From Octopus bimaculoides (lineage: Eukaryota), in the NCBI RefSeq assembly GCF_001194135.2, contig NC_068982.1:67790430-67854429 (forward strand): 64,000 nt of DNA, written 5' to 3'. The notes beneath the pieces were generated by a model, which ran no database searches, was not told the origin of the DNA, and saw only the letters and a list, made by a program, of their open reading frames with translations. Shown here one piece after another: positions 13,295 to 27,423 of the stretch. Within the stretch, counting starts at the first letter, position 1. Each line of letters opens with the position of its first letter. The translations under genes and the position numbers were made by a program.

Positions 13295-13333
<39 letters not shown>
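13247..13333 (+). repeat. (ACT)n/(ACC)n trinucleotide microsatellite
   Basis: Direct reading: actactattactactattaccaccaccacaacc...(act)n. Confidence 0.95.
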
Positions 13334-14340
13334 AAGAAGGATCGGTGAATCCAATATCAAATGTACTGGATTTTTTACTTTTAAAGTCAGCCCCTAGTCT
13401 AGACTACCCCCAAACAATCTCCTTTCATGGAAATCTCGGATTTGAATTCAGCACTGCAAAGTGAAATATTCACCAGTTATTCGATGATACACTACCTGAA
13501 GGAATTCACTATATTTCTACAAGGTAGCACCTTGCAGCTAGACGCTGTAGGACAGTGAAATTTAAATGGCTTGACTATAGATAGACCGCAGTCACAATGA
13601 ATGGGCAATAAAGTGTCGATACTCGGTGTGCAGGTGAATGAATACGCAACCAATTCGACTACTCTGTAACTCTCGTTGGAGGATGAAACTTAAGAACAAG
13701 GGCCAGAAACTCAGAACTGATCGAGAGTTAAGAAAGGATGATTTGTAAGAGAAAGGAAAAAATAAAGAAAAGAAAGACGGGAACAGATAACAAGCTTAAG
13801 AGGAATGAAGAGAAATGACAAGAAACGATGAAAGTATATTTGGCGTGAGGGAAGAACAGAAATTTAATCTCAGCCCGATCCTTCCAAAGCATGCTTGACT
13901 GCAGCAATGGCGTTCTTTATACCTTGCTACTAATACAGTAGCTGAATATCTATCAGCTTCGAGTCGCCATTAATCTGATTTATAGAGCATTTGGTGTTAT
14001 CTCCGATTAGTGTCAAGAGGTTATTACTTGTTGGCCATTCGTTGTTTTATCTATTACTTGACAAAGACTTTACAGAAGAAGAAAAAAGTTTTGTTGCTGA
14101 GTTGATTAAACTATGTTCCAAAAGCAGGTTTATAACGAAGGAATTTTTGCATCCGTTTCACATTAGTAAATAACAGAAAAGAAACGAAAGAGTAACAAAA
14201 GCAAATGAAAATATAAACACGACTTCAATAAATATTTTCGCCATTTGACCTGGATGATAACAAAATTTAGAAATAAAAAAATTTCTCATTTTCGAAAAAC
14301 GGTAATGCGCTAATACTCATCATCTGCGTCAGTGTGTAAT

Positions 14341-14371
<31 letters not shown>

Positions 14372-15159
14372 NNNNNNNNNNNNNNNNNNNNNNNNNNNNN
14401 NNNNNNNNNNNNNNNNNNNNNNNNNNNNNNNNNNNNNNNNNNNNNNNNNNNNNNNNNNNNNNNNNNNNNNNNNNNNNNNNNNNNNNNNNNNNNNNNNNNN
14501 NNNNNNNNNNNNNNNNNNNNNNNNNNNNNNNNNNNNNNNNNNNNNNNNNNNNNNNNNNNNNNNNNNNNNNNNNNNATATATATATATATACATACACATA
14601 TACGTACACGTACATAGATAAACATGTGTGTGTGTATATAATAAATTTTCTATTTCGCTGAGTCTGTAAAAATATGACGTGAACATTTTATTATTAATAA
14701 TATCATCTTTATCTGTATTACTCTTAAGTATTCAGTAAGCAAATATTTATCTTGTAACAGAAATCAATAAGAAATAAAATACACAATATAAGTAAAGATT
14801 ATTAGAAATTGAATTAAAAAAAAAGGAAACAAAAAGAAACTTTTGCATGATTTCTTTTTTAACTTTCAATTGCTCTTGAGTGTAATGCTTGTTATTCTTT
14901 TAACACTGCTTTGTTTGCTTTCCAGCAGGTTTTTTTTAAGTCAGTCATATGTAATGGCTTGCAACTCTTTTGCTCTGTTCAATCGCGCAGGCACGGTACT
15001 TTGAGCATGTGTCTTCTGCTTAGCCTCGGAACAACCAAAACCTTGTAAGCGCAATTTGGTAGATAGAAACTATGTGAAAGACCATCCTCGGATGAAAGAC
15101 TTAATCTAACATCATCATTATTATCATTCGCAACCATTAGAATTATGTCCGAGTCCTAA

Positions 15160-15345
15160 GATTCTTCGGGCTGTTTACTCGGTTTCCACGGTATATGAGT
15201 AATCGAGATCACAACATTTTCCTTGAACAGGATGCCAGTCTGCTGCAGGGTTACTCAAGAATACAACACACCTCTCGATCCAGAAGTCGAAACTACGATC
15301 TTCAGATCATGAGTGCAACACACTAACCAGTAGGCCATGCGCCTC
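15160..15345 (-). mobile_element. Degenerate tRNA-derived SINE
   Basis: The minus strand reads ggaggcgcatggcctactggttagtgtgttgcactcatgatc...gtagtttcgacttctgg, a box A/B-like head. Confidence 0.6.
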
Positions 15346-15456
15346 CCTTAATCCATCTCACGGTTTAATATCAGCAGCGGCCCTTTAGTGGTGCATTTAA
15401 ATGAGTAAATTTATTGTAAGCATTCGGGGGACAGGTTTTCAGTTAAAGGTTGACTG

Positions 15457-15551
15457 CCTACCTTTCTTCCACTAATTTTGTGGGCCGTGTTAAACAGATC
15501 ATGGACGTTGTTCTTCCTCTGAATTATTGAAAAGAAAAAGCAGTAAAGTTG

Positions 15552-15600
<49 letters not shown>

Positions 15601-16314
15601 CGCTGGCGTGTGATCCTTTCTCAACGCATGTTACTGGGGACCTAACATGAATCAACTATCCTACATTGGTTACATATAGCAATTCATTTTGCATAAATCC
15701 TTTTGTAAACAATATTAAGTATTTATAAGTAATAATAACAGTTCTGATGGAAGACAAATCATTTAAACGGACGTAATTTAATGATGGAGAATAAATTGCT
15801 TCACATTCAAAGCCTTTGTAACTCAAAACTATATTACAATGGAGAACAAAGTTTTTGTTGTCTGGTCTTGGAGACATGTTTCTTAATAATATTAGGGTGC
15901 TGGTTTCAAAACTGAAATCTATTTTGCTCTATCACGTCAAGATTTTTCACAAAACGAAATGAAAAATGCCCATTTTTCAACAGCTCAGGTATTGTCACCA
16001 TTTCTAGGGATAGATTTGGCTTCATCAAATGTGGACCCGTGTATGGAGCTTGATATAACTTTGAAAACATAGCTTTCCAATATCATTTAAAGCAAATGCA
16101 ACTACAAAAGGAAAACAAAAGTCACAATTTAAGTTTCTTCAGTGAATAAAAACCATCAAATTCAAGCATCTTTCACTATTTGCCATCTAACCAGCTTAAA
16201 ATGTGAAGATGATGACAGAAATGTCCTTTATTCCTACCTTTCTTCCACTAATTTTGTGGGCCGTGTTAAACAGATCATGGACGCTGTTCTTCCTCTGAAT
16301 TATTGAAAAGAAAA
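15457..16314 (-). repeat. 82-bp direct duplication (15457-15538 and 16233-16314), each copy containing an exon-like unit
   Basis: The copies differ at one base. On - each reads ttttcttttcaataattcag | 57 nt | gtagg. Confidence 0.85.
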
Positions 16315-16480
16315 TGAGATGTTAATTGATTAAAAAACACGTTTCTGTGGTCCTTACATCATATATGTCTCGTATTTGTGGAATTTGTCTGCAGATACGC
16401 CCACGCTGTGCTTGATTTGTGTGACTATCATTGCAATCCAGGTGAGACAAATTTAGTTGAACCTTTAACTATTTCTTATG

Positions 16481-16830
16481 GTGGAGGTGCAATGGCCCAG
16501 TGGTTAGGGCAGCGGATCGCAGTTTCGGTTCCCAGACCGGGCGTTGTAAGAGTTTATTGAGCGAAAACATTTAAAGCTCCCCGAGGCTGAACCCTGCTGT
16601 ACTCTTTCACCACAACTTTCCCTCACTTTTTCTTCCTGTTTCTGTTGTACCTTTATTTCAAAAGGCCAGCCTTGTCACACTCTGTGTCATGCTGAATCTC
16701 CCCAAGAACTACATTAAGGGTACACGTGTCTGTGGAGTGCTCAACCACTTGCACGTTAATTTCACGAGCAGGCTGTTCCATTGATTGGATCAACTGGAAC
16801 TCTCGTCGTCGTAACCGACGGAGTGCCGTA
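16481..16830 (+). mobile_element. tRNA-derived SINE, family B
   Basis: Head gtggaggtgcaatggcccagtggttagggcagcgg...ggttcccagaccgggcg; body cttgtcacactctgtgtcatgctgaatctcccc...cgacggagtgcc; cttatg flanks on both sides. Confidence 0.85.
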
Positions 16831-16869
16831 GCATTGCTTATGAAAATTGGCATTTTGAATGCACCCTTA

Positions 16870-17963
16870 ATATTTTAACTGTGAGGTCAAAGAACTGTAG
16901 AAAAAACTTCATGACACATGTACGCTCTTTGCCATCAACAGTTGATAATTCAGAAAATGCTTTTCCCAGATGGCAACTGGTTTGAATATATGTTTTTTTT
17001 TTTTTTCAGAAATATCGCCTGTTGTGAGAGAAGTAAATGCAAATACAGTCCCAATGTTTTTTGCGTTATTTGTGGATGTTACACTTTACAGATTTTGCAA
17101 AGAAAGCGTACCTTACTTACTTTGGCATGAAAATAGGTGATCGAGTTGTGCACCTCATACAGAGTGTAAAACACGTGCTGAAACACTGAGACAGTGACTA
17201 TTTCAAATACTTTAGCAGAAAGCTTCTAATTTTGTCTTGTGAGAAACTTAAGGTTAGTGTGTTTGACGGACCACAAGTTAGGTGGTTATTGCAGGTCGCG
17301 CAGTTTTTGGGGACCATGTCTGGCATTGAAAAAGAAGCAACGAATGCTTTGCTGCAGCTGTGTCTTTTTCTGGGAAACAGGAAGACATCAAATTCTGAAG
17401 AACTTCTGTAGACCCTCTTAACCAGTTTTCAAGCACTGGACTGCAACATGAGTGTAAAAGTGTATTTCCTTTGGAGTCATCTAAACTACTTTCCTGAGAA
17501 TTATACTGCAATAAATGATGATCAAGGAGAAAGATTCCACCAAGACATCGGGACCATGGAGACTAGTTATGAAGACAGGTGGAACACAAACGTAATGGCT
17601 GACTACTGCTGGTCTCTGCAAAAAGACTTTTCTTGACGCAAGTTATTCACGCAAAGCAGCAAAGAGAAAGTTCACTACTTGAATAACTGAAACTCCAGTT
17701 TGACAGAAATATCTATCCTAAGATGTGCAATTAAAAGTTTTGTGCAATATATTTGTTAAAGAAAAAGAGCACTATTTGGTTTGTGTGAGTTTCTTATTTC
17801 AGAATTTAATGGCAAAATCGACGATTTTATAAAAAATAAATTCTTGTTTTACAAAAAAACTTTCTGAAGGCATTTCTGAACCCAGCACCACCAAATTAGG
17901 TAGAACTATTGTAAAATGCAAGACATGTAACTTTTTTTTCTTTTTCGAAACTGTTCTCCGGTG
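16870..17963 (+). mobile_element. Chapaev(3)-like DNA transposon remnant (CMC superfamily), internally deleted
   Basis: Degenerate CKYSPNVFCVICGCYT and YFGMKIGD...APH..CKTC N-terminus; VFDGPQVR, FLGN, MSVKVYFLWSHLNYFPENY..INDDQGERFHQDI.TME..YEDRWNTNVMADYCWSL C-terminus. The 3' end reads ...ctgttctccgGTG (CAC terminus). The family name is recalled from motifs, not from a search. No 5' TIR found. Confidence 0.65.
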
Positions 17964-20900
17964 TTAGCAATAAAATATTAAAACATCTGACCAGCCCTAT
18001 TACTTACGGGAAAACAATACAAATGAGCTTATTGAGAGAGTAAGCTATAGAAAATAATCTTGGTATGATAGAAGAAAAGTGACTGTGGTTTTGAAATCAG
18101 TATGCCAATCTTAGTTTAAATCAAATGAAAAAGCAAACGCAACAGAAATTATGTTCCTTGTGTTTTCAATGATTAACATTTGATTAATGCTATGGCTATA
18201 TTATAAGGTAATTTGTCTCGCAATACAGATTGGGAAAAGCTTTCTATATACAATAATAAATTCCAACAAAGATAAAAGTTCGCTTTGTATTGTGCAAATT
18301 CTCTAAGATTTATTATAAATTTTCACCCGAGAGACAAGATTATTCTTTAGATAAATAGCTAATGTGAGAAAAAGAGCGAGTGAGGTGTGGTGTAGGCAGA
18401 CCATAATTAACTTTAGTATCAGAGCTTGAAATCGGTTTAGGTGATTAAGAATATTGATAAAGAGATATTTAATTGTCTAGTTCTCGGTCGTCAAATATAA
18501 TTAAAGTTATATTACTGTAATAGCATAATTTTTAAAAAGCAAATAAAATTTTAGTGAATTATTATCAGAATTTCTTTCTCCAAAGTCTTCTGGTTTATTT
18601 ACGCCATGGAACTCGTGCAAACGGCGGATGTGGAGCTAAATTATTATATTTGTTTGTTTCTTGACTCGATTTCCCGAGTTCGAACCTTGCATAGACACCT
18701 GGTATGGTAATTTTTGCGTCTCTCCTCCGAGAAAACCTTTTGATTTCACAGCACTGAATATTCAACCAGAATTCTAGTCTATTAATATTACTCTGTATAT
18801 ATTTACATGCAGTATTCAATTACGTGTAATTTATGGGTAATATCTCATTATTTTTAATTTTAGGTAATAATAATTTGAATTTTGAAATCTATGTCATACA
18901 TAAAANNNNNNNNNNTTGACTAGCTGCATTAAAATGTGTTAACTCTCACATTATTACTGTTTTTCCTGCAAGACTTATTCTCTAATTCTCTAATAATTTC
19001 AGTTATTCTACGCCAATCAATATACAGTCTTACAAATCTATTTAGTATTTTCCCTGAAAACTACCCCGGCAAATATTGCGAATATTTATTCATTTATGAA
19101 TTTCACTCTAAAGGCTGTGGCCATGCTGGGGCACCGAAATCTGTTGTTAAGTAATATTAAAATGTTTAATACACCCTAATAGTATTTAGTTATTTCGGTT
19201 AGTATAAGAAACAAACTCCAAACGAGTTACAATACCATTATAAAATCATTCTGGTTCTATACAGTCCGAGTTCATATCTACCATGATCAACTTGACTTTT
19301 CATCCTATCATAAAATATAGTATTAGTTAAAGTACAGAAATCCATGTAATCACTTATCCCTCTCCCTCAGAATTCCCGGTCTTGTGTTCATATTGGTTTC
19401 AAATTTTGGCACAAGGTCAGCAATTTCGGAAGTACTTGTCTTATTCATCCCGAAAGGATGAAAAACGAAGTCGACCACGTCTGAAATTAAACTCAGAACG
19501 TAAAGACACACGATATGCAGTTAGGTATTTTGTTTGGCGTGCTAATGATTCGACTATCTCGCCGCCTTTCTTGTGTTTTTTACATTCTAAGTTCAAGTTA
19601 CTATATCAAAACAAATTATTATAAAATCATTCTGGCTGTTTCTATTTTGAGCTCAAATCCCATCGAGATCATTATTGCCATTCATCCCTCTGGGGTCATA
19701 AAATAAATTACTAGTTTAAGTACTGGAATTAATGTCATCTACTTAATCATTTCCCCCAGAATATCAGGTCTTGTGCTAACCTAAAAAACAACTATTAAAA
19801 AAAAAACAAAAAAAAAAACATTCAAGCATTGTCCTCACCGAACTTTCCTAAAATATTTTTAAGGAAAACACTAAATGATGGGAAACAGTACACTGGTAGG
19901 CATAAAAAATAGAGTAGAAATGTTTAGAGAAATGTTTAGAGTAATAACTCAAATACACCGTCCGCATGAAAAACAACAAAGATTAAGTTAGTGTAAACAA
20001 ATTTAATGCAGTTAAGTTAAAGTTAACATACATATATATGTTGACTTTATATCATTGCTTACGGTATCTGTTCAACAAATACGAACCTAAGCAATTACAT
20101 ATTCGATTAAAAATAAATATAAGGAAGCTCATTATTTAAAGCATCACAGTTTTTAAGAAATTCAAAGCATTGGCCCTATATGTACTCTACCAGAGATAGT
20201 TCAAGCTACTACAAGAAAGTAGTTTAATGTTGGATAAAGCCACACCAATATTTATTTGTTATGAAGGCGGCATGTAGACAGAATCGTTACCGAACCGTAC
20301 AAAATTTTCAGTGGCATGTCTTCCGACTTCACGTTCTGAGTTCAAATGCTTCCATGGTCGTCTTTGCCTTTCATACTTTCGGAGTCGATAAAATGAGTAC
20401 CAGTCAAGCACTGGGGACAAAGCAATCGACTTACCCACTTCCCCGAAATTGTTGGCCTTGTGAAAAAATTTGAAACTAATGTTTAGTAATTAGGGCGATC
20501 AGCTGGCAAAATCGTCTGTCTTTACCTTCTGAGCTCAAATGCCGCCAATATTTAGTGTTACCGCACAAGACATATAACGAACTTTGTATAGGATCTTACT
20601 TTGTATTGGGTTAGTTAATTCTCTGGTTCTATATTATCTAAAACATGTAAGTAAATAGAAGAAACTAGTATTGTTAGAAAATACACGCCAAATATAATAG
20701 AAAACAATATCTGGACGATATCATGTTATGTGTTCGGTTGTCAAGAATGTCAATAATGTACAACATTTAAATAGGAGATCAATGATTTACGTTGTAGACT
20801 GTTATCAATTTCACGTATGATTGATGGACAAGTCTTTGATTCTCGGCTAAAGCCATTCACTTCATTTGCGTCATTCGTGCCTTTGATAAACGAATGTATC

Positions 20901-21528
20901 ACAAACAACCTCATTTCTCTTCTATAAATATGATCCTTTACGTTGATCAGAAATCAATAAGCAGTTAATCTCTGACAAGCACGTTGTTGCATTTAATGAT
21001 AAATTCCTAGAAAAGTGACGTGGTTTCAATCCCCTGTCGAAATTATTTCACTTTATTTACACTTATAATACTCTCGAGAAAAGCCTTAAAATGCTACTCT
21101 TTACATTTTGCTTCTCCTAAAATATATGAATTTCATTGCCATTTAAAAATAAATTAAAATTCAGTGAAGTAACCACCAAACCTGTATGATTTAAAACTAA
21201 TCTCTTTGATAAAAATAAATAAGGATTTCTGAAGTTGTAAATATGCCAGTACTTTTGGCACAGAGACAAGTAGCACTTGAATGTAACTTATTTTATTGAC
21301 TCCAGAAGAAAGAAATGCAAAGTCGAACTCGTTGAGATTTAAACCAAGGACATAAATAGCGAAAAGCTAATTACTAATTATATTGTGACGCTCTCGAACC
21401 TCTAACGATCCAGTGCTATCTTTAACTAGACACGAAGTTTCCAGAATTAAAAGAGGGAGAAATAGCGGTTATGACATTTATGCTACTTTTTAATAAAGGA
21501 CATTAAATGTACGGGAAAGCATATATAG

Positions 21529-21712
21529 GCGCAGGAGTGGCTGTGTAGTAAGTAGCTTGCTTACCAACCACATGGTTCTGGGTTCAGTCCCACTACGTGA
21601 CACCTTGGACAAGTATGTTCTACTATAGCCTCGGGCCGACCAAGGCCTTGCGAGTGGATTTGGTAGACGGAAACTGAAAGAAGTCCGTCGTATATATATA
21701 TATGTATATATA

Positions 21713-21748
<36 letters not shown>

Positions 21749-21810
21749 CAACATCGATAAAAGGCGGTGCTCCAGCATGGCAACAGTCAAATGACTGAAA
21801 TAAATTTTAA
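21529..21810 (+). mobile_element. tRNA-derived SINE, family C, with an internal (TA)n(TG)n tract
   Basis: ggcgcaggagtggctgtgt.gtaagtagcttgcttaccaaccacatggttc.gggttcagtccca...gtagacggaaactgaaagaag...gtgctccagcatggc. Related copies or pieces at 4264-4418(-), 7130-7340, 9015-9220, 14985-15100, 31215-31495, 52440-52810(-), 55640-56075 and 59800-60165(-). Confidence 0.82.
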
Positions 21811-22247
21811 AAAAGGAGAAAAGAAGAAACCATATATAAATGCTGGCTTTATTTCTTGAATCCAATATCATTTATCCAAACTAAATCTTAAATAATTTAA
21901 GACGATCACTTATGTAGGGCCTCACAACACTATTTGACAGCATGGATTGATCACTCCAACGCCGAGCTAGAGACCGATTGTCTTGGTAAATTTTTGCTCC
22001 GATCGCATCATGGTCCGACACCAGTATCCTCATCCACATATGCTTGTTACCAAATGCTATTGATCCATATGTAACTACTCCCTTCCGAGCCGCCCAATCA
22101 TCTGATTTTGAGGACTTTCTCCATCAACAGCCACTTCACTCGCTCGCTAATATGGTCTTTGTGGTCTTAGACCACTTTAAGGTGTGGATACATTATGCTA
22201 TCTTCTACCTCTGTCTGACGAGCAATCTATACAGATCCGATCCATAT

Positions 22248-22642
22248 GTTGTTGTTGTTGTTGTTGGCACTCCGTCGCTTACGGCGTCGAGGGTTCCAGT
22301 TGATCCGATCAATGGAACAGCCTGCTCGTGAAATTAACGTGAAAGTGGCTGAGCACTCCACAGACACGTGTACCCTTAACGTAGTTCTCGGGGATATTCA
22401 GCGTGACACAGTGTGACAAAGCTGACCCTTTGAATTACAGGTACAACAGAAACAGGAAGAAAGAGTGAGAGAAAGTTGTGGTGAAAGAGTACAGCAGGGT
22501 TCGCCACCATCCCCTGCCGGAGCCTCGTGGAGCTTTAGGTGTTTTCGCTCAATAAACACTCACAACGCCCGGTCTGGGAATCGAAACCGCGATGCTATGA
22601 CCGCGATTCCGCTGCCCTAACCACTAGGCCATTGCGCCTCCA
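22248..22642 (-). mobile_element. tRNA-derived SINE, family B, with (CAA)n tail
   Basis: Full copy; (GTT)n tail at 22248-22265 on +; TSD ccgatcca at 22237-22244 and 22643-22650. Confidence 0.9.
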
Positions 22643-24258
22643 CCCGATCCACACGACCCATTGTAATACCTACATGTCTACACTGATACATTTGGGAAAC
22701 TCGGTCATTATCAGTCAGGCAGTTGGAAGTGTCTGGGCTGGTTTTCAAGGATTTTGTCTCCGCTACTTCTATGGGTTAACCCCACACAATTCCATTGGTA
22801 TCTAAAATACAATTCCAATTCTCCACTAGTACTAAGAAGCGACATATAAGCACAAGATCTAAAATTTGAGGAAAGGAGTCTAAGTACTTATCATGGTCTA
22901 TGTACTTAACTGGTACATATTTTATCGATCCTGCAGGGGTGAAAGGCAAATTCACTTCAGTAGAATTTTAACTCAGCACTGCAACGTATGCGAGCACAGC
23001 AAAGTGACTTTCGAATTAAGATGCAGTAGAGATATAAAGAGTGATAGATTGGCGGAATCAATAGAGAAACAATGAAAATGCTATGTTCTTTATTGTGTTT
23101 GACTTTGCCTTCCTACCGTATAAGAAAATAAGTCGAGTACTGGGTTCGATAGGTTCGAATGCTTCCTTAGATCGCAGTAAGGTTGATTAACTGCTAATGA
23201 CCACATTTGTTCATAGACAAATCAACTCGCTATTTGTCATCACTAGGGTAGAGATAAATAAATACTGAGTACAAGCTGTTATATTGCTTTGGCAATCTCC
23301 ATAAAGATCGTTCATGAAAATATTGGTTATTAATTTAGGCACAAAGCCAGTAAATTTGAGGGATGGTCCCAAGTATCGACTGGAACTTTATTTTAGCGAT
23401 TCCAAAAAGACAAAAATGGAAGACAAAAAGCGAAATTTGAATTTTAACTTAGAATGAAAAAAAAAAAACAAGTACCGAGTGATATTTTAACCGATATTGT
23501 ACTGAGTTTGCAAACTGGCCGCTTTCAGCCATTATATTATTAGAGAAGAGTAATTTTTTCTCGCGCAAAGAATATCGGATCATGTGCCTCACTGTTCCGA
23601 AATTTATGCTTGCAGCCGGTCATATAAATCCTACCTACATATTGCTTCGAGATTGTGACTATGTGCAATTCGCCATTAAAATTAGCTTTTCCAAATTTCC
23701 GTTTCAGTGATTTTGAGTTATAAAACAGTTTATAGATCGTAATATTTTGAAATGCAATTTTATCTCACTTGTCAGCTAAGTGTCTTCGTTGAAATTTTCT
23801 CTGAAAAAATTATTTCTTTACTAATTGATGAGGAAGTTTAAGATAAATGGTATATGCTTCTAGAAAGCAGAAGGTTTTGGTGAGGTAATTTCCTCATGAG
23901 ATCCGACTGTTATGAACTGTAAGTAGGATTTTCAAATTATTTGTGATACACTGCTGACAACTTTATTAACTGGAGAAAATAGCATTAATAAATCCAGTTT
24001 ATTATCACAATGAAATATATTCTATATATTGTATCTGATCAATGTTGTCTCTACTAGAATACAGTTAAGTCTTTTGTTTAACTAGGACAAATGTTAAAGA
24101 AATTGCTATCATTACTTTCTTGGAAACCAAGCTGTGGCTTTACAAACGTGAGAAATAGAACTCAAAACATGAAGTAGAGTACTTATATTTTCATTAACCG
24201 AGAAGCTAGTTTTGTATGTATGTACGTACGTACATACATACATACATACATACATACA

Positions 24259-24643
24259 TGTTGTTGTTGGCACTCCGTCGCTTACGACGTCGAGGGTTCC
24301 AGTTGATCCGATCAACGGAACAGCCTGCTCGTGAAATTAACGTGCAAGTGGCTGAGCACTCCACAGACACGTGTACCCTTAACGTAGTTCTCGGGGATAT
24401 TCAGCGTGACACAGTGTGACAAGGCTGACCCTTTGAATTACAGGCACAATAGAAACAGGAAGAAAGAGTGAGAGAAAGTTGTGGTGGAAAAGTACAGCAG
24501 GGTTCGTCACCATCCTCTGCCGGAGCCTCTTGGAGCTTTAGGTGTTTTCGCTCAATAAACACTCACAATGCCCGGTCTGGGAATCGAAACCGCGATCCTA
24601 TGACCGCGAGTCCGCTGCCCTAACCACTGGGCTATTGCGCCTA
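24259..24643 (-). mobile_element. tRNA-derived SINE, family B, inserted in a (CATA)n tract
   Basis: Highly similar to 22248-22642; (CATA)n on both flanks. Confidence 0.9.
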
Positions 24644-25406
24644 CACACATACATACATACATACATACAAACATACAAACATGCATCCATACATATATTC
24701 ACATGCATGACAATACACAGCAAAGAACACGATAAAAAATTCTATTAGCTTGACGCTGAATGTAAAAACGAAAGAAATGTTTGACGTTTCGGGATTAATT
24801 GTGCTTCGTCGGAAATAAAAACACACAAAGACGGAGAAAGAGGAGAGAAAGAAGGAGAAAAAAAAGGGAGAAAGAAAACGGAAACGACAATAAAAAAAAA
24901 ATTTGCCCTATTTTTAAAGATATTTTAAAATTTTATTATTATTATTTTTAAAAGTAAAGCCAATATATTAACACAGACGGAAGAGAGACGAAATAGGAAG
25001 CGATGTTCAATGTCAAGAATTTCACAAATGTTGGTGTGTATATTTTTCGTACGTACGTTTATGATTATTTTGTGTTAACATAGGCAGGTGCACGTGTGTG
25101 TGTTTTGTGAGCATTTGTGTGTATGCACTTGTACGTATGTGTTTAGTTTGTGTGTGCTGATTGCTTGTATGTGGTTGATGTTATATAGAAATCTCGAATT
25201 GGGTACTACATTATTTTTCTATTTCCCTTATCTCTCTTATCCATTTTTCTTCCCTTTGATAAACTTAGATCCTCTTTTACTTCTTCCTTTGATGCATTTA
25301 TTTTCATTCTAAACTACTTTGCTTGTTTGACTTTCGCTTGATTGACTCTGTGTACTATTTACTTGTTTCTCTCTTCTTTGCTTAGTAATCTCACTCGTGC
25401 TTTTCT

Positions 25407-25438
<32 letters not shown>

Positions 25439-26396
25439 NNNNNNNNNNNNNNNNNNNNNNNNNNNNNNNNNNNNNNNNNNNNNNNNNNNNNNNNNNNNNN
25501 NNNNNNNNNNNNNNNNNNNNNNNNNNNNNNNNNNNNNNNNNNNNNNNNNNNNNNNNNNNNNNNNNNNNNNNNNNNNNNNNNNNNNNNNNNNNNNNNNNNN
25601 NNNNNNNNNNNNNNNNNNNNNNNNNNNNNNNNNNNNNNNNNNNNNNNNNNNNNNNNNNNNNNNNNNNNNNNNNNNNNNNNNNNNNNNNNNNNNNNNNNNN
25701 NNNNNNNNNNNNNNNNNNNNNNNNNNNNNNNNNNNNNNNNNNNNNNNNNNNNNNNNNNNNNNNNNNNNNNNNNNNNNNNNNNNNNNNNNNNNNNNNNNNN
25801 NNNNNNNNNNNNNNNNNNNNNNNNNNNNNNNNNNNNNNNNNNNNNNNNNNNNNNNNNNNNNNNNNNNNNNNNNNNNNNNNNNNNNNNNNNNNNNNNNNNN
25901 NNNNNNNNNNNNNNNNNNNNNNNNNNNNNNNNNNNNNNNNNNNNNNNNNNNNNNNNNNNNNNNNNNNNNNNNNNNNNNNNNNNNNNNNNNNNNNNNNNNN
26001 NNNNNNNNNNNNNNNNNNNNNNNNNNNNNNNNNNNNNNNNNNNNNNNNNNNNNNNNNNNNNNNNNNNNNNNNNNNNNNNNNNNNNNNNNNNNNNNNNNNN
26101 NNNNNNNNNNNNNNNNNNNNNNNNNNNNNNNNNNNNNNNNNNNNNNNNNNNNNNNNNNNNNNNNNNNNNNNNNNNNNNNNNNNNNNNNNNNNNNNNNNNN
26201 NNNNNNNNNNNNNNNNNNNNNNNNNNNNNNNNNNNNNNNNNNNNNNNNNNNNNNNNNNNNNNNNNNNNNNNNNNNNNNNNNNNNNNNNNNNNNNNNNNNN
26301 NNNNNNNNNNNNNNNNNNNNNNNNNNNNNNNNNNNNNNNNNNNNNNNNNNNNNNNNNNNNNNNNNNNNNNNNNNNNNNNNNNNNNNNNNNNNNNNN

Positions 26397-26434
<38 letters not shown>

Positions 26435-27423
26435 GTGTGTGTGTGTATGTGTGTGTTTATGTATATGTATATATATTTATCTATGTATGTATGCTTGCAT
26501 GTATGTATGTATGTATGTATGTATGTATGTATATACATATATATATGATTCAAATTTACAGAAAACAAAAGACGAAGACAGATGTAGGAACAACAAGCAG
26601 GTGTATTAGTTTAACGCTTGGGAAGAATGGAAACGTCTTCTACTTTTCGAGCCTATACTCTACGACATAAAGGATTAAGAGAGGAAAAAACGATGAAAAA
26701 AAGCGGAGAGATAAAAAAAAAAGTTTGTAGGGATTAACATGACGAAATAGCCAGAAGAAGTCTGAAGGAAAGAGAGATAATTACGGTCGAACGAATTCTA
26801 TTCTCGCGCGTGTGTGTATGTGAGAATGGTGTGTATGAGTGTGTGAGTATGTATGTGTAGGCGAGCATGTGCGTTACACATACTGGTATGTATACGTGTG
26901 TGTATATGGACGTGTGTACGTATGTGTGCGGTTATCATGTGTGTGTTCAAAGGCTTTGGCCTGGGTATGTGTGTACATTTATGAGTAACCTAGTGTATGT
27001 GTTGTGTGGAGTAATGTGCGTTTTGTGTATTTGTGTGTGTGTGTGCGTATGGACATATGTGTATGTGTGAGTGTGCATATGGGCGTATGTATGCGTGTGT
27101 GTGAAAACGCTTGTGTTTAATAGCTGATATGTACTTATTCAGGTTGTGTGTGCACATGTGTGTGCGTGTGTGTGTGATTGTGACCATATAGTGCACATGT
27201 GTATAGTGTATGTTTGTGGGCGAAAGCATCTGCCTATGCGTGTTGCGTTTGTTAATGCGTGTTGCGTGTGTTTATGCGTGTTGTGTTTGTTAATGCGTGT
27301 TGCGTGTGTTTATACGTGTTGCGTGTGAGTGTGTATATATTGTCTGTGTTCAGGCATTAAATGTTTGCGTGGGTGTGGGAGTGTACATGATAGTGTATGG
27401 TGTGTATACTGAGTTGAATAGTG

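Noticed and set aside
16481-16560. tRNA genes at SINE heads (also 22570-22642, 24570-24643, 39144-39210, 53270-53343)
   Set aside because: They have box A/B similarity but no complete cloverleaf, and they run into shared SINE bodies with TSDs.
13380-20960. Several GC-richer patches with plausible splice sites or short ORFs (13420-13520, 13986-14173, 16395-16441, 18586-18760, 20790-20930)
   Set aside because: No recognisable domain and no consistent phase chain on either strand; cannot be supported without transcript data.
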